Made by a program: the position numbers and the translations under genes. Shown in pieces: positions 8,655-17,615 of a stretch of DNA of 32,000 bases (the first letter of the stretch is position 1; each line of letters begins with the position of its first letter). The stretch lies in NCBI GenBank assembly GCA_025839675.1, contig CP104013.1, positions 2,340,001 through 2,372,000 on the forward strand, read 5' to 3'. The notes below the pieces were generated by a model. The model saw only the letters and a list, made by a program, of their open reading frames with translations. It did no database searches and had not been told where the DNA came from. Source of the stretch: Candidatus Lokiarchaeum ossiferum (GTDB taxonomy: Archaea > Asgardarchaeota > Lokiarchaeia > Sigyniarchaeales > Promethearchaeaceae).

Positions 8655-8814
8655 TATTTCTTGTTAAGCAATAATGATATTTCAAAGATCACTCACCATG
8701 GAGAAAAAATGAAAAATTTTCTAAAGAAAAATGCAAACATTAACCATAAAAAAACTCTCCATTTTAAATTATTAAGAAGCTAAAAACATATTTTTGGATA
8801 GTGATTTTCAGCAC

Positions 8815-10971
8815 ATGGCCAAATTCAAGAAAAAAACAATTAATTTAAATGGAAACATCTATGTCGCTGAGAAAATAATTGGAAAAGGCCAATTTGGAGT
8901 AATATACTTAGCCCGTTCTAAACAAAAAGAAATTCGAGGAAAAAAAATTGGTAAATATGTGGCGATCAAGGAATATTTTGTATCCCGTTTCTATGATCCA
9001 GCCTTAAAGGCCAACAAATGTGATCATTATTGGAAACGGGAAATAAATAATACAAAAATTCAGGGAAAATATGGCCCGACTTTGCTGAAATATTTAGATT
9101 CTGGTGTGATCCCATATGAAAATCGAGCAGAATACTATATAGTTCTATCCTACATTGAAGGGATGCCACTATCGAAATGGTTTTCTCAATTCCAAGCACA
9201 CCATCCACTATTTAGAAAAGAAGAAATATCTTACCTTACTTACTCAATTTTAATTCCTTTAGCAAAACATCTAGAATTTTGTCATAGGAGACAATTAATT
9301 CACCGAGATCTGTCCGTGGAAAATATCTTCATTGATACTTCACAAAAAGATCTTGTTCGACCTGTAATTATGGATTGGGGAGCATCGAAATTATTAAAAA
9401 ATGCAGCTAAAGATCCCCAATCAAAAAAATATACAGCCTTCATGAATAAAGGAACACCTCCTGAAATAGTAGTAGGGGCTAGACCAATAGCCGGGTCAGA
9501 TGTCTACATGTTTGGTCATCTAATGTACTTTTTATTAACAGGGGGTAAAACCGCTCGAACCCCAGCTACCAAAGAAGATTATGTGTTAAAACCTTATATT
9601 GATAATCCCCAAATTCCAAAAGAATATGATTTCTTAGTGCAAAAATGTACCCAATATGATCTAAAAGATCGCTTCCAAGATATCAGCATGGTAATTCATG
9701 CGTTGGAACAATTAGATAAAGATATTTCTGTTTCAAAAATAACTCATTTTGGAAAATCAAGTCCTAATCAAAAAATTCAATCCCCTCAACAGATGAAAAA
9801 AGTTACGGCTACATCTACATCCAGTAATCCATTTATTGCCTCATCCCCTATATTAAAACAAACAGATTCTCCAATTAAATCCTTAAAAGAAACTCTCCCC
9901 ATTCCAGCCGTCGAAGGTATTCGACCCAAGCCGATATCAACAAATAATGTAAAAATTCAACCAGATTTACAATATTTGAAAAATTTTGAATTGCAAATTA
10001 GTCAAAAAGGATTTCAATTTGCCCAAGCATTCATGACATATTTTAAAAATCCTAGTTGGATGTATTTACGCCAAGATACTTTTCAGATTTATCAAGAATT
10101 TCTCATGGAGATAAGTGCAGCTCTTTCGAATAAAGAAAATCTAATCCGATACGAAAAAATTGACAAAATTGCATATTTTGTTGGACAAATCACAGGGTCA
10201 CTACATGATCTGCAAGAAATTATTAAATATTTTGAATTGGTCTTTCAAAAGGCCCCATCCACAAAAGTAATATTCTTAGGGAACTACATTAATAATAATT
10301 CTCACGATATTGAATCATTTACCCTTCTTCTTAGTTTTTACTGTCTCTATCCTAACAATGTCATTCTTCTACGAGGAAAAAATGAAGTATTACATGCAAT
10401 GGAAACCAAGGGATTTGGAAAACATCTCAAATTGAAATTTGGGGCCTTTAGTTCACAAATAAAACACTTATTTCTACAGATTGTACAATCCTTAGATTTG
10501 CTTTGCATTACAGACTTCAACCCGAACATGAAATGTTTAGCAAGTTCAGGAGGTATTCCCTTTGATCCCAGTTTACCAGAGGAAATCTGCATTTTGAAGG
10601 CTCATTTAAAAGAATTGAATTTAATAACGCCATCTCGAAAAGAAATGTATGTTTATATGCAATCAATTTTGTGGGGAGAACCGAATGAATTTGAAGATAT
10701 AGTTCGTTCTACTGAGAAAGGAGTCTTTCAATTTAGTTGGAGTTATCTATCAAATTTTTTTAGGCAAAATCATATTCATTATATGTTCCGAAGTGCAACT
10801 GAACCATTAGGAAATCGGGTGATCTGGAATTTAGTGAATTCACTAAATTCTTGCGCATATTCGCGAAATAAACAAAAAAGGATCTCTAAAATCATCCGAG
10901 TGACGGAAAAGGGCCTTTCTACCCTAGTGATCAAAGATCTCCAAACGTACTATGCGCGAGATTACGCATGA
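8815..10971 (+). CDS. Hanks-type Ser/Thr protein kinase fused to a C-terminal PPP-family (calcineurin-like) phosphatase domain with degenerate catalytic motifs
   Basis: Kinase motifs: GKGQFGVIY, VAIKE, HRDLSVENIF, DWG, GTPPE. C-terminal domain: GQITGSLHDL, FLGNYINNN, LLRGKNE, SSGG, LWGEP, RSA, aligned to the PPP motifs GDxHG, GDxVDRG, GNHE, HGG, LWSDP, RxH. The track start at 8794 is TTG; ATG 8815 has GTGAT about 9 nt upstream. Confidence 0.85.
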   Translation: MAKFKKKTINLNGNIYVAEKIIGKGQFGVIYLARSKQKEIRGKKIGKYVAIKEYFVSRFYDPALKANKCDHYWKREINNTKIQGKYGPTLLKYLDSGVIPYENRAEYYIVLSYIEGMPLSKWFSQFQAHHPLFRKEEISYLTYSILIPLAKHLEFCHRRQLIHRDLSVENIFIDTSQKDLVRPVIMDWGASKLLKNAAKDPQSKKYTAFMNKGTPPEIVVGARPIAGSDVYMFGHLMYFLLTGGKTARTPATKEDYVLKPYIDNPQIPKEYDFLVQKCTQYDLKDRFQDISMVIHALEQLDKDISVSKITHFGKSSPNQKIQSPQQMKKVTATSTSSNPFIASSPILKQTDSPIKSLKETLPIPAVEGIRPKPISTNNVKIQPDLQYLKNFELQISQKGFQFAQAFMTYFKNPSWMYLRQDTFQIYQEFLMEISAALSNKENLIRYEKIDKIAYFVGQITGSLHDLQEIIKYFELVFQKAPSTKVIFLGNYINNNSHDIESFTLLLSFYCLYPNNVILLRGKNEVLHAMETKGFGKHLKLKFGAFSSQIKHLFLQIVQSLDLLCITDFNPNMKCLASSGGIPFDPSLPEEICILKAHLKELNLITPSRKEMYVYMQSILWGEPNEFEDIVRSTEKGVFQFSWSYLSNFFRQNHIHYMFRSATEPLGNRVIWNLVNSLNSCAYSRNKQKRISKIIRVTEKGLSTLVIKDLQTYYARDYA

Positions 10972-11199
10972 AGGTATTTTTAATTATAAAAAAAAAATTT
11001 TGAATTAAACTTAGGATAATACCCATCAATTTAAAACCATAAGAAATAGGACACTTTTCACTGCAGAATCCAAATAATACAGCAATTTTTAGAAAAAATA
11101 AGAATTTTTTTCCACTTTAATAGAAATCCAACTTCATGTAGATAGATTAATAAATAAACAAAACAGTCTATAATATACAAATAAGGTGAGGAACAACTA

Positions 11200-14100
11200 A
11201 TGTTAGTAAAAAAAAGAATGGTTAGGTTAAGTATCTTCTTTTTAATGGTTTCATCTTTTTATATTGGTACGGACTTATTGCTCGGGGGAAAAACAAGTTC
11301 AACTGCCCCTTTAAGTTCAAATGATGATAGCTTTGAAGAGAATGATAGTTATGATCAAGCGTATCCAATAGAAAAAGCCCAAGATTTAGAAGGAGAAGAT
11401 GGGTGGTATGAAGCAATTTTGCAAGATGAAGATTGGTATATATTTGATCTTGTGGAAGGGGAAAACGTAAGTATATTAATCCTTTTTTATGAAGAAGAAA
11501 TCCAAGATTATTCAGAAAATGTTGAAGCTGCATGCTATTCTGCCGATCATGTAACTCAAGTTGGAAACATAGACATTGGTCCAGGAATCATTCAGATAAG
11601 TATGGAAAGCGCTCCTTCAACAGGAGAATATTTTATTTACTTGAATCCAAATGAATTACAATCTGTTGAATATCAAATAATAATCTGGCCTTATATGGAA
11701 GATGAGTATGAGGAAAATGATGAAATATCTTCAGCAAGTGAAATTTATGAAAATTATCGAGGATATGAACTTTATCTTTATGCATTGGATGATGATTGGT
11801 ATAAAGTCTATCTTGAACCTGGATGGGAATTGTCGGGATATATGTGGTATTTATCATGTGCTGATATTAGCATTGAATTTTATGCTCCCGATGAAACGAC
11901 TCTATTAAATGCAGGAATTGAAAATGAAGAATATCTCTTCCAAGTGGAAGTTCAATTTGATATTCCGGTGGAATTAATTGATTCAGCAGGATTTTATTAC
12001 ATCCATATTGATTTACTTCAAGGTGTCTCCCTCTATGATCTTGAAATTGATATTGTAGGAAATCCATTACAAGCCCCACAACTCTACCCCATCACACCTA
12101 ATCCAAGTGATAGCGGATATGTGCAATTGCATTGGAGTTATGATAATGAAGCTAGTTTTTATACAATATATCGGGAGAGTTTTGAAATTGTCGATGTTAC
12201 TTCCTTGACACCTATTGCGGATTTTATTCAAAACAACTACTATAATGATTTGATAACGGAAAATGGGACGTACTTTTATGCAATAACATCGAATGCTGGA
12301 GGAGAATCAACCACCCCTTCCAATAGTGAAAGTGTAGATATTACAATCTTACCATTTACTGAGAGACGTCCCATTTTAAGGAATATATATAACGACGGTT
12401 ATGGGAGGGTAGAAATATATTGGGATGCAATATACGGTGCAGACTACTATTTAGTGTATCAAGATACCATTGAAATTATTGACTATTCTCATTTGACATC
12501 CATCGCTTTGGTTCAACCACATGATGAAGACCAAACAAATTTTTACTGGTCTGGTACAATTGAAGAAAATGGGACCTATTATTATGCCATTGTTGGAGTA
12601 CAAGGTGAAGATTTCAGCATTGTTTCTAATTCTGAGAGTGTTGACATAGCCATACCCCCATTTAGCGAGCGATCTACAAGATATTTCAATGTATATACAT
12701 CCTATACGGAGGATGGATTTGTAGAGATGGCATGGGGCAATGTTGAGGGTGCTCAAAGTTACTATCTTTATCGAGATACTACCACAAATTTTGATATTTC
12801 TGGATTAGTTCCTATTTCTATACTATCGGGAACTTGGTTTGATGAAGAACTAACCGAAAATGGAACATATTATTACTGCGTGGTACCATTCAATGGAGTG
12901 GACTTCGGAATACAATCCGCATGGGAGAGCGTCGAAGTCAATTTGGTTCCTTTCACAGAACGAATTCCGCAGTTGAATCCCATTTCCTGGCATGAATCCT
13001 ATTATGAAGAAGTCCATTTAAATTGGAACTCATTCCGAGATGCAAATCAATATCTCATCTATCGAGATACGAGTGAAATCACATCTATTGCAGGGATGGA
13101 ACCAGTGGGACTTTCAGAGTATTCGAGCTTTTCCGACTATGTGTCCACCAATGGAACATATTATTATACCATTTTAGCAACAAATGGATTTGAAACCAGC
13201 AAAATATCGAACTGTGAATCGGTAACCGTTAATATCACCCCATTTTCCGAACGGATTATTCCTTATATCTATGTTTATCCAAGAATTTCCGATACTGGGC
13301 AGATTGAAATAGAGTGGGAGTCTCTTCATGGAGCAACATCTTATGCGATTTATCGGGAGTCTAGCGAAATCGTTGACATTTCATCTTTAACTCCAGTTTA
13401 TACAACGTACGAGGAAACCAATTGGCGCGATCAAATTTCCGTGAACGGTACTTATTGGTACACTGTAATAGCAAACAATGGTACGGTTAATTGTACTCTT
13501 TCAGCAGCAAAAAGTGTGGAAGTGGCGATTATTCCCTTTTCAGAACGAGAAATGGCTTACATCCACGGATATACCGAACAAAATCGTGAATGGGTATATT
13601 TAAACTGGAATGAAGTCTATAGTGCAACTATTTATGAAATCTATCGAAGTAATTCTACAATTACTGATATTTCTGGGTTAAATATTTACGATACTACGAC
13701 CAGTACTGATTGGCAAGACAATATCCCATATAATGGTACTTTCTACTATGTTGTAAGAGCTTATAATGGGAGTATTTATACACCGATATCTGCATGTATA
13801 ATGATAGAGCAAATTTTCTTGCCCTTTTATGAATTAGAAACTTACTTCTACGACGTGCAAAGTTACGACGACGGAAGGGTTCATCTTCGTTGGAATGAGA
13901 TGGTAGACACAGACATCTATGAAATCTATCGAGATACATCAGAAATTACCGATATCTCGGAAATGTTACCTGTCCACATATCTTATGATCGTTGGGATAC
14001 ATCATATGATGATTATGTGGAAGAAAATGGTTTATATTACTATGCTGTGGTAGGTAATAATGGAACATCATATAGCAAGTTATCACCAATTAGATCAGTA

Positions 14101-17100
14101 TATGTAAACATTATTCCCTTCAATGAAAGAATGCCTTCTCTTCAGTGCGATTATGAAACCTCTACTGGTGAAGTTGAACTGGGATGGGATGTATTTAAGG
14201 AAGCAGATGTCTATTATATTTATCGGCTTGATTTCCAACCAGACGGAATAGATGGGTTATCACCCATCGCTATGACACCTAATAATTATTATGAAGAAAC
14301 CTTGACGGTTAATGATACATATTATTATGTAGTAGTTGGTTATGATGGGAATCAATTAAGCCATGTTTCAAATTGTCAGAGAGTTTCCTTACAGATTCTT
14401 CCTTTCTCGCAGAGAAAGCCATATTTGAACTCTATTTATTTTGAACCTTCAGATGGAAGGGTGGAAATGTATTGGAAGCAAATGTCGGGTGCAGTAGGTT
14501 ACTATATTTATCGGGAACAAAACCCTATTACTTCTATTGAAGGATTGGAACCCGTTGGATTTCAAATTGGTAACGGGCTGGATACGCACATATGGTATAG
14601 TGATTATCCAGAAGTAAGCAATCATTACTATTATGCTGTAGTAGCGTATGATGGTACCCAAATGAGTTTACCTTCCAATTCTCGGGAAGTATATATGTTT
14701 GAATATGAATTTGGTGATAGAAAACCTTATTTCTATTTTGAAAATGTCTGGAACAGCCAAGGGAAAGTATCCTTGGAAATTGAAGATGTAGATGGTGCAA
14801 TATCCTTCTTCATATTCAGAGACACTTCTTCGATAAGTAGTACTGATGGCTTGGAACCCATTGCAAGGATAGATGCAAACCCAAATAATTGGATAACATA
14901 TCTTGATATTGTTCCGAACAACGGTGAATATTACTATGCGATAATTGCAAACAATGGAACGACCAATTCATCCCTATCCAATTATCGAGATACTTTTATA
15001 GATGGGATTCAAGATGTTGAGACACCTGAAATCAATAATTATAATAAATATGATTCAGGAGAAGTATATATTGAATGGGATTATCAAACTTCTGCAGCAG
15101 AATACCTTATTTACCGAGAGATGAGTAATATTACAGACCTAGATGGATTGACCCCATTTGCAAGATGCCATAGTTCTTCATTTCATGATTATTCCATTGC
15201 CACAAATGATTCCTACTACTACGTTGTAGTGGCAAGAAATGGCATATATACAAGTGAAATGTCGAATTGTGTCAATATAACAGTCAATATGTATGTAGTT
15301 GAAGAAGCACCATTTTTATCGGCAGTATATAGATCCAGTGATTACCAGATATATTTAGATTGGGATTATGTTTCCAACGCTAATGTCTATTATATATATC
15401 GAGATTTAACTGAAATCACCGATATTTCTGGTAAGGTCCCCATATCTATTAGAACGGACTCAACTTATTACTATGATAACAAGATTTTCGAGGAAGGCAT
15501 CTATCATTACGTTGTAGTGGCAGGAAATGGGGCAGGTAATTCTTCTTGGTCAAATTGTTTAAATGCTACGATTGAATTTCTTCCCCCAACCACGCCAATT
15601 TTAGCGAGTATAAACCCTTCAATTGATCTTGATGGAGAAATTTACCTCGATTGGGACAATATACCATATGCAGACGGATACTATATCTATCGATGTGATA
15701 CGGAGGTTTATAATGCAGCGAACTTGATTTTAATTGGAAATACTGGAAGTAGCTCGTATTCTGATTGGGTTTCAGAGAATCAGATCTATCATTATGCCAT
15801 TGTTGCGAGTAACGAACTTGGAGTTAGTGAATTGTCTAACATAGAATCAGTCGAAAATCAACGTCCAGCGATCCCGAATCATGCATATGTTCCTTCAGGT
15901 TATGAATGGATTGATACGACAAGTAATGTTATAATGGATCAATACGAAAGCGAATCTTACTTAGAAATTGATCTACCCTTCAGTTTTGATTTCTACGGGA
16001 TTTCCTATTCGACTGTATATGTATGTAAAAATGGATATTTGACCTTTGCTGATTCCGCATACAAATATTGTGGAGGAATTTATAACGATTTTCCAAACTC
16101 TGTTGATAATTTGAAATATGTTATTTCACCATTCATGGAATATCTGTACCTAGGTACCATGAGTACCATAAGTGTAACCAATGGATCAGGATATTGTGCC
16201 ATTTCATGGGAGAATATGGAGTATAATGAAGGATACTCGACAAGCTTCCAAGTTATCTTGTATGACGACGGTTCAATCAAATTTCAATATGATTATGTCG
16301 AAGATGTTGATTCATATACTACGGTAGGGCTGAATTTGGGTGATGGTATCCACGGTGAGTTTTATCTTGGATTAACTACCCAAACCGATGATTTTGCCTT
16401 TATGTATGTCCCCTATTTAGAAAATACTAATCCATCGATGACCCTTCCCAATGATCTAAGTTATTATAGTAACGATGTAAAAACATATTCATTGAGTTGG
16501 ACCATCACGGATCCAGATGTTTATCAACCAATTTATCGAATAATGGTTGATGGGGAAATGATTGTAGATGATACCGTATGGACATCTGGGACTATGATTA
16601 ACTTCGATGTGACAGGATGGGAGGTAGGCCAACATTTAGTCATGATTTTCATTGAAGATGGGTTTGGAGGAATCGTTGTGGATTATGTTTGGATTTTCGT
16701 AGAAGAAATACCCATAATTTTGACTGCAGGAGATCTCTTCTACGAAGAAGGGGAAAGCCAACCTCAAATTCTAACATGGACGATTATCGACAATACCTAC
16801 AAAGCACCAACTTATAATATAACGATGGATGGAGTAGTGATGGTTGAAAATGAACCATGGCCGGGAAATAAATCCATTAGTTATGATGTGTCAGCACTTG
16901 CTGCAGGAAATTATGTCATTGAATTGATAGTGAGTGATGGGATGGGAAACACAGCTCGTGATGCTGTAATTGTTTCCGTTTACGCTCTATCAGATAACTC
17001 CCCCCACATAACATCTCCTGAAGATCTAACCTACTATGCAGGGTCGACCGAATCCTACATTCTCAGTTGGACGATTACAGATGCAACAGTAAACAATCCC

Positions 17101-17397
17101 ACATACTCCATTGAAGTCGATGGAACAATGGTTATTGAGAATGAATCTTGGGTAAGTGGGGATACAATTGAATTTGATGTGTCAAATTGGGAAGAAGGAA
17201 TCTACACCGTCAAAATCACCGTGAAGGATGGATACAATGGCGAAGCTATCGATGTAGTTGTAGTCACAGTTACCGGAACACCTGATGGAAGTCCATTTAA
17301 TTTGGAATCAATTCCAGGCTTCAACATAATATACCTATTAGGTATTTCAGCGATCGCAATTAATATACTCAAGAAACGGAAAAAGTATCACTTATAA
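11200..17397 (+). CDS. giant (2065 aa) acidic cell-surface repeat protein: signal/TM, 2 PPC-like domains, 13 FN3-like repeats, lectin-like domain, 3 Ig-like repeats, PGF-CTERM-like anchor
   Basis: Single uninterrupted ORF; AAGGTGAGG Shine-Dalgarno 8 nt before the ATG. N-terminal hydrophobic segment. Two PPC-like motifs (EENDSYDQA...DEDWYIF; EENDEISSA...DDDWYKVY). Repeats with Y-x-I-Y-R and NGTYYYA motifs. C-terminal IPGFNIIYLLGISAIAINILKKRKK. Confidence 0.9.
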   Translation: MLVKKRMVRLSIFFLMVSSFYIGTDLLLGGKTSSTAPLSSNDDSFEENDSYDQAYPIEKAQDLEGEDGWYEAILQDEDWYIFDLVEGENVSILILFYEEEIQDYSENVEAACYSADHVTQVGNIDIGPGIIQISMESAPSTGEYFIYLNPNELQSVEYQIIIWPYMEDEYEENDEISSASEIYENYRGYELYLYALDDDWYKVYLEPGWELSGYMWYLSCADISIEFYAPDETTLLNAGIENEEYLFQVEVQFDIPVELIDSAGFYYIHIDLLQGVSLYDLEIDIVGNPLQAPQLYPITPNPSDSGYVQLHWSYDNEASFYTIYRESFEIVDVTSLTPIADFIQNNYYNDLITENGTYFYAITSNAGGESTTPSNSESVDITILPFTERRPILRNIYNDGYGRVEIYWDAIYGADYYLVYQDTIEIIDYSHLTSIALVQPHDEDQTNFYWSGTIEENGTYYYAIVGVQGEDFSIVSNSESVDIAIPPFSERSTRYFNVYTSYTEDGFVEMAWGNVEGAQSYYLYRDTTTNFDISGLVPISILSGTWFDEELTENGTYYYCVVPFNGVDFGIQSAWESVEVNLVPFTERIPQLNPISWHESYYEEVHLNWNSFRDANQYLIYRDTSEITSIAGMEPVGLSEYSSFSDYVSTNGTYYYTILATNGFETSKISNCESVTVNITPFSERIIPYIYVYPRISDTGQIEIEWESLHGATSYAIYRESSEIVDISSLTPVYTTYEETNWRDQISVNGTYWYTVIANNGTVNCTLSAAKSVEVAIIPFSEREMAYIHGYTEQNREWVYLNWNEVYSATIYEIYRSNSTITDISGLNIYDTTTSTDWQDNIPYNGTFYYVVRAYNGSIYTPISACIMIEQIFLPFYELETYFYDVQSYDDGRVHLRWNEMVDTDIYEIYRDTSEITDISEMLPVHISYDRWDTSYDDYVEENGLYYYAVVGNNGTSYSKLSPIRSVYVNIIPFNERMPSLQCDYETSTGEVELGWDVFKEADVYYIYRLDFQPDGIDGLSPIAMTPNNYYEETLTVNDTYYYVVVGYDGNQLSHVSNCQRVSLQILPFSQRKPYLNSIYFEPSDGRVEMYWKQMSGAVGYYIYREQNPITSIEGLEPVGFQIGNGLDTHIWYSDYPEVSNHYYYAVVAYDGTQMSLPSNSREVYMFEYEFGDRKPYFYFENVWNSQGKVSLEIEDVDGAISFFIFRDTSSISSTDGLEPIARIDANPNNWITYLDIVPNNGEYYYAIIANNGTTNSSLSNYRDTFIDGIQDVETPEINNYNKYDSGEVYIEWDYQTSAAEYLIYREMSNITDLDGLTPFARCHSSSFHDYSIATNDSYYYVVVARNGIYTSEMSNCVNITVNMYVVEEAPFLSAVYRSSDYQIYLDWDYVSNANVYYIYRDLTEITDISGKVPISIRTDSTYYYDNKIFEEGIYHYVVVAGNGAGNSSWSNCLNATIEFLPPTTPILASINPSIDLDGEIYLDWDNIPYADGYYIYRCDTEVYNAANLILIGNTGSSSYSDWVSENQIYHYAIVASNELGVSELSNIESVENQRPAIPNHAYVPSGYEWIDTTSNVIMDQYESESYLEIDLPFSFDFYGISYSTVYVCKNGYLTFADSAYKYCGGIYNDFPNSVDNLKYVISPFMEYLYLGTMSTISVTNGSGYCAISWENMEYNEGYSTSFQVILYDDGSIKFQYDYVEDVDSYTTVGLNLGDGIHGEFYLGLTTQTDDFAFMYVPYLENTNPSMTLPNDLSYYSNDVKTYSLSWTITDPDVYQPIYRIMVDGEMIVDDTVWTSGTMINFDVTGWEVGQHLVMIFIEDGFGGIVVDYVWIFVEEIPIILTAGDLFYEEGESQPQILTWTIIDNTYKAPTYNITMDGVVMVENEPWPGNKSISYDVSALAAGNYVIELIVSDGMGNTARDAVIVSVYALSDNSPHITSPEDLTYYAGSTESYILSWTITDATVNNPTYSIEVDGTMVIENESWVSGDTIEFDVSNWEEGIYTVKITVKDGYNGEAIDVVVVTVTGTPDGSPFNLESIPGFNIIYLLGISAIAINILKKRKKYHL
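12070..15858 (+). repeat. 13 tandem, diverged in-frame ~97-aa (~291-nt) FN3-like repeats inside the giant CDS
   Basis: Each unit reads ...G.V.L.W....gA..Y.IYR.t.eItdisgL.Pi......y.D....NGTYYYavva.NG...s..Snsesv.i.i.PFsER. Unit boundaries were read from the translation; DNA copies are diverged, not identical. Confidence 0.85.
16429..17277 (+). repeat. 3 tandem ~95-aa Ig-like repeats (motif L(S/T)WTI.D....P.Y.I.(V/M)DG......E.W..G..I.(F/Y)DVS....G.Y.....(V/I).DG.G)
   Basis: Three collinear copies are visible in the translation (SLSWTITDPDVYQPIYRIMVDGEM...; ILTWTIIDNTYKAPTYNITMDGVV...; ILSWTITDATVNNPTYSIEVDGTM...). Confidence 0.75.
17314..17397 (+). other. PGF-CTERM-like C-terminal sorting/anchor signal (PGF + TM helix + KKRKK)
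   Basis: The tripartite tail PGF-NIIYLLGISAIAINIL-KKRKKYHL sits at the extreme C-terminus after a TGTPDGSP linker. Confidence 0.45.
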
Positions 17398-17410
17398 GCG
17401 GATCTAGAAC

Positions 17411-17452
17411 TTTTTTTTCATTTTCATTTTTTTCTCTTTCTCTTCCCTTTCT
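17411..17452 (+). terminator. oligo-T / polypyrimidine tract after the giant gene (candidate archaeal terminator)
   Basis: T8 at 17411-17418, then TTTTCATTTTTTTCTCTTTCTCTTCCCTTTCT. This is 42 nt with only two purines, beginning 14 nt after the stop codon. Confidence 0.4.
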
Positions 17453-17615
17453 ATGCAAGATTTTGTTTTTCCCTTCACTTCACTTTTTGGTAATTCTAAG
17501 GGAGAATAGTACCCACATATTCTACTAATGATAAGCTTGTATTATTCCATTTCATATTGACAAATTGGTTCTTCTTCCTCAAGTGTAAGCTCTAGCAAAA
17601 GAGAGAGTGAAAATT

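Noticed and set aside
8559-8783. 74-aa plus-strand ORF spanning the 5' end of the C45 gene and the divergent promoter region
   Set aside because: It overlaps the C45 coding start in antisense. The remainder is AT-rich promoter DNA. No motifs.
12070-15858. The regular ~291-nt periodicity was considered as a CRISPR array or satellite-type DNA repeat
   Set aside because: The period is a multiple of 3 and in frame within one ORF. The units are diverged at the DNA level with no conserved short direct repeat/spacer structure. It is a protein-domain repeat.
11222-16280. About a dozen 62-103-aa minus-strand or off-frame ORFs inside the giant gene, and similar ones inside other genes (755-1018, 1910-2119, 4004-4198, 4986-5213, 8966-9208, 10347-10592, 18789-19022, 19839-20060)
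   Set aside because: All are nested in longer ORFs with clear domain content. No motifs; typical shadows.
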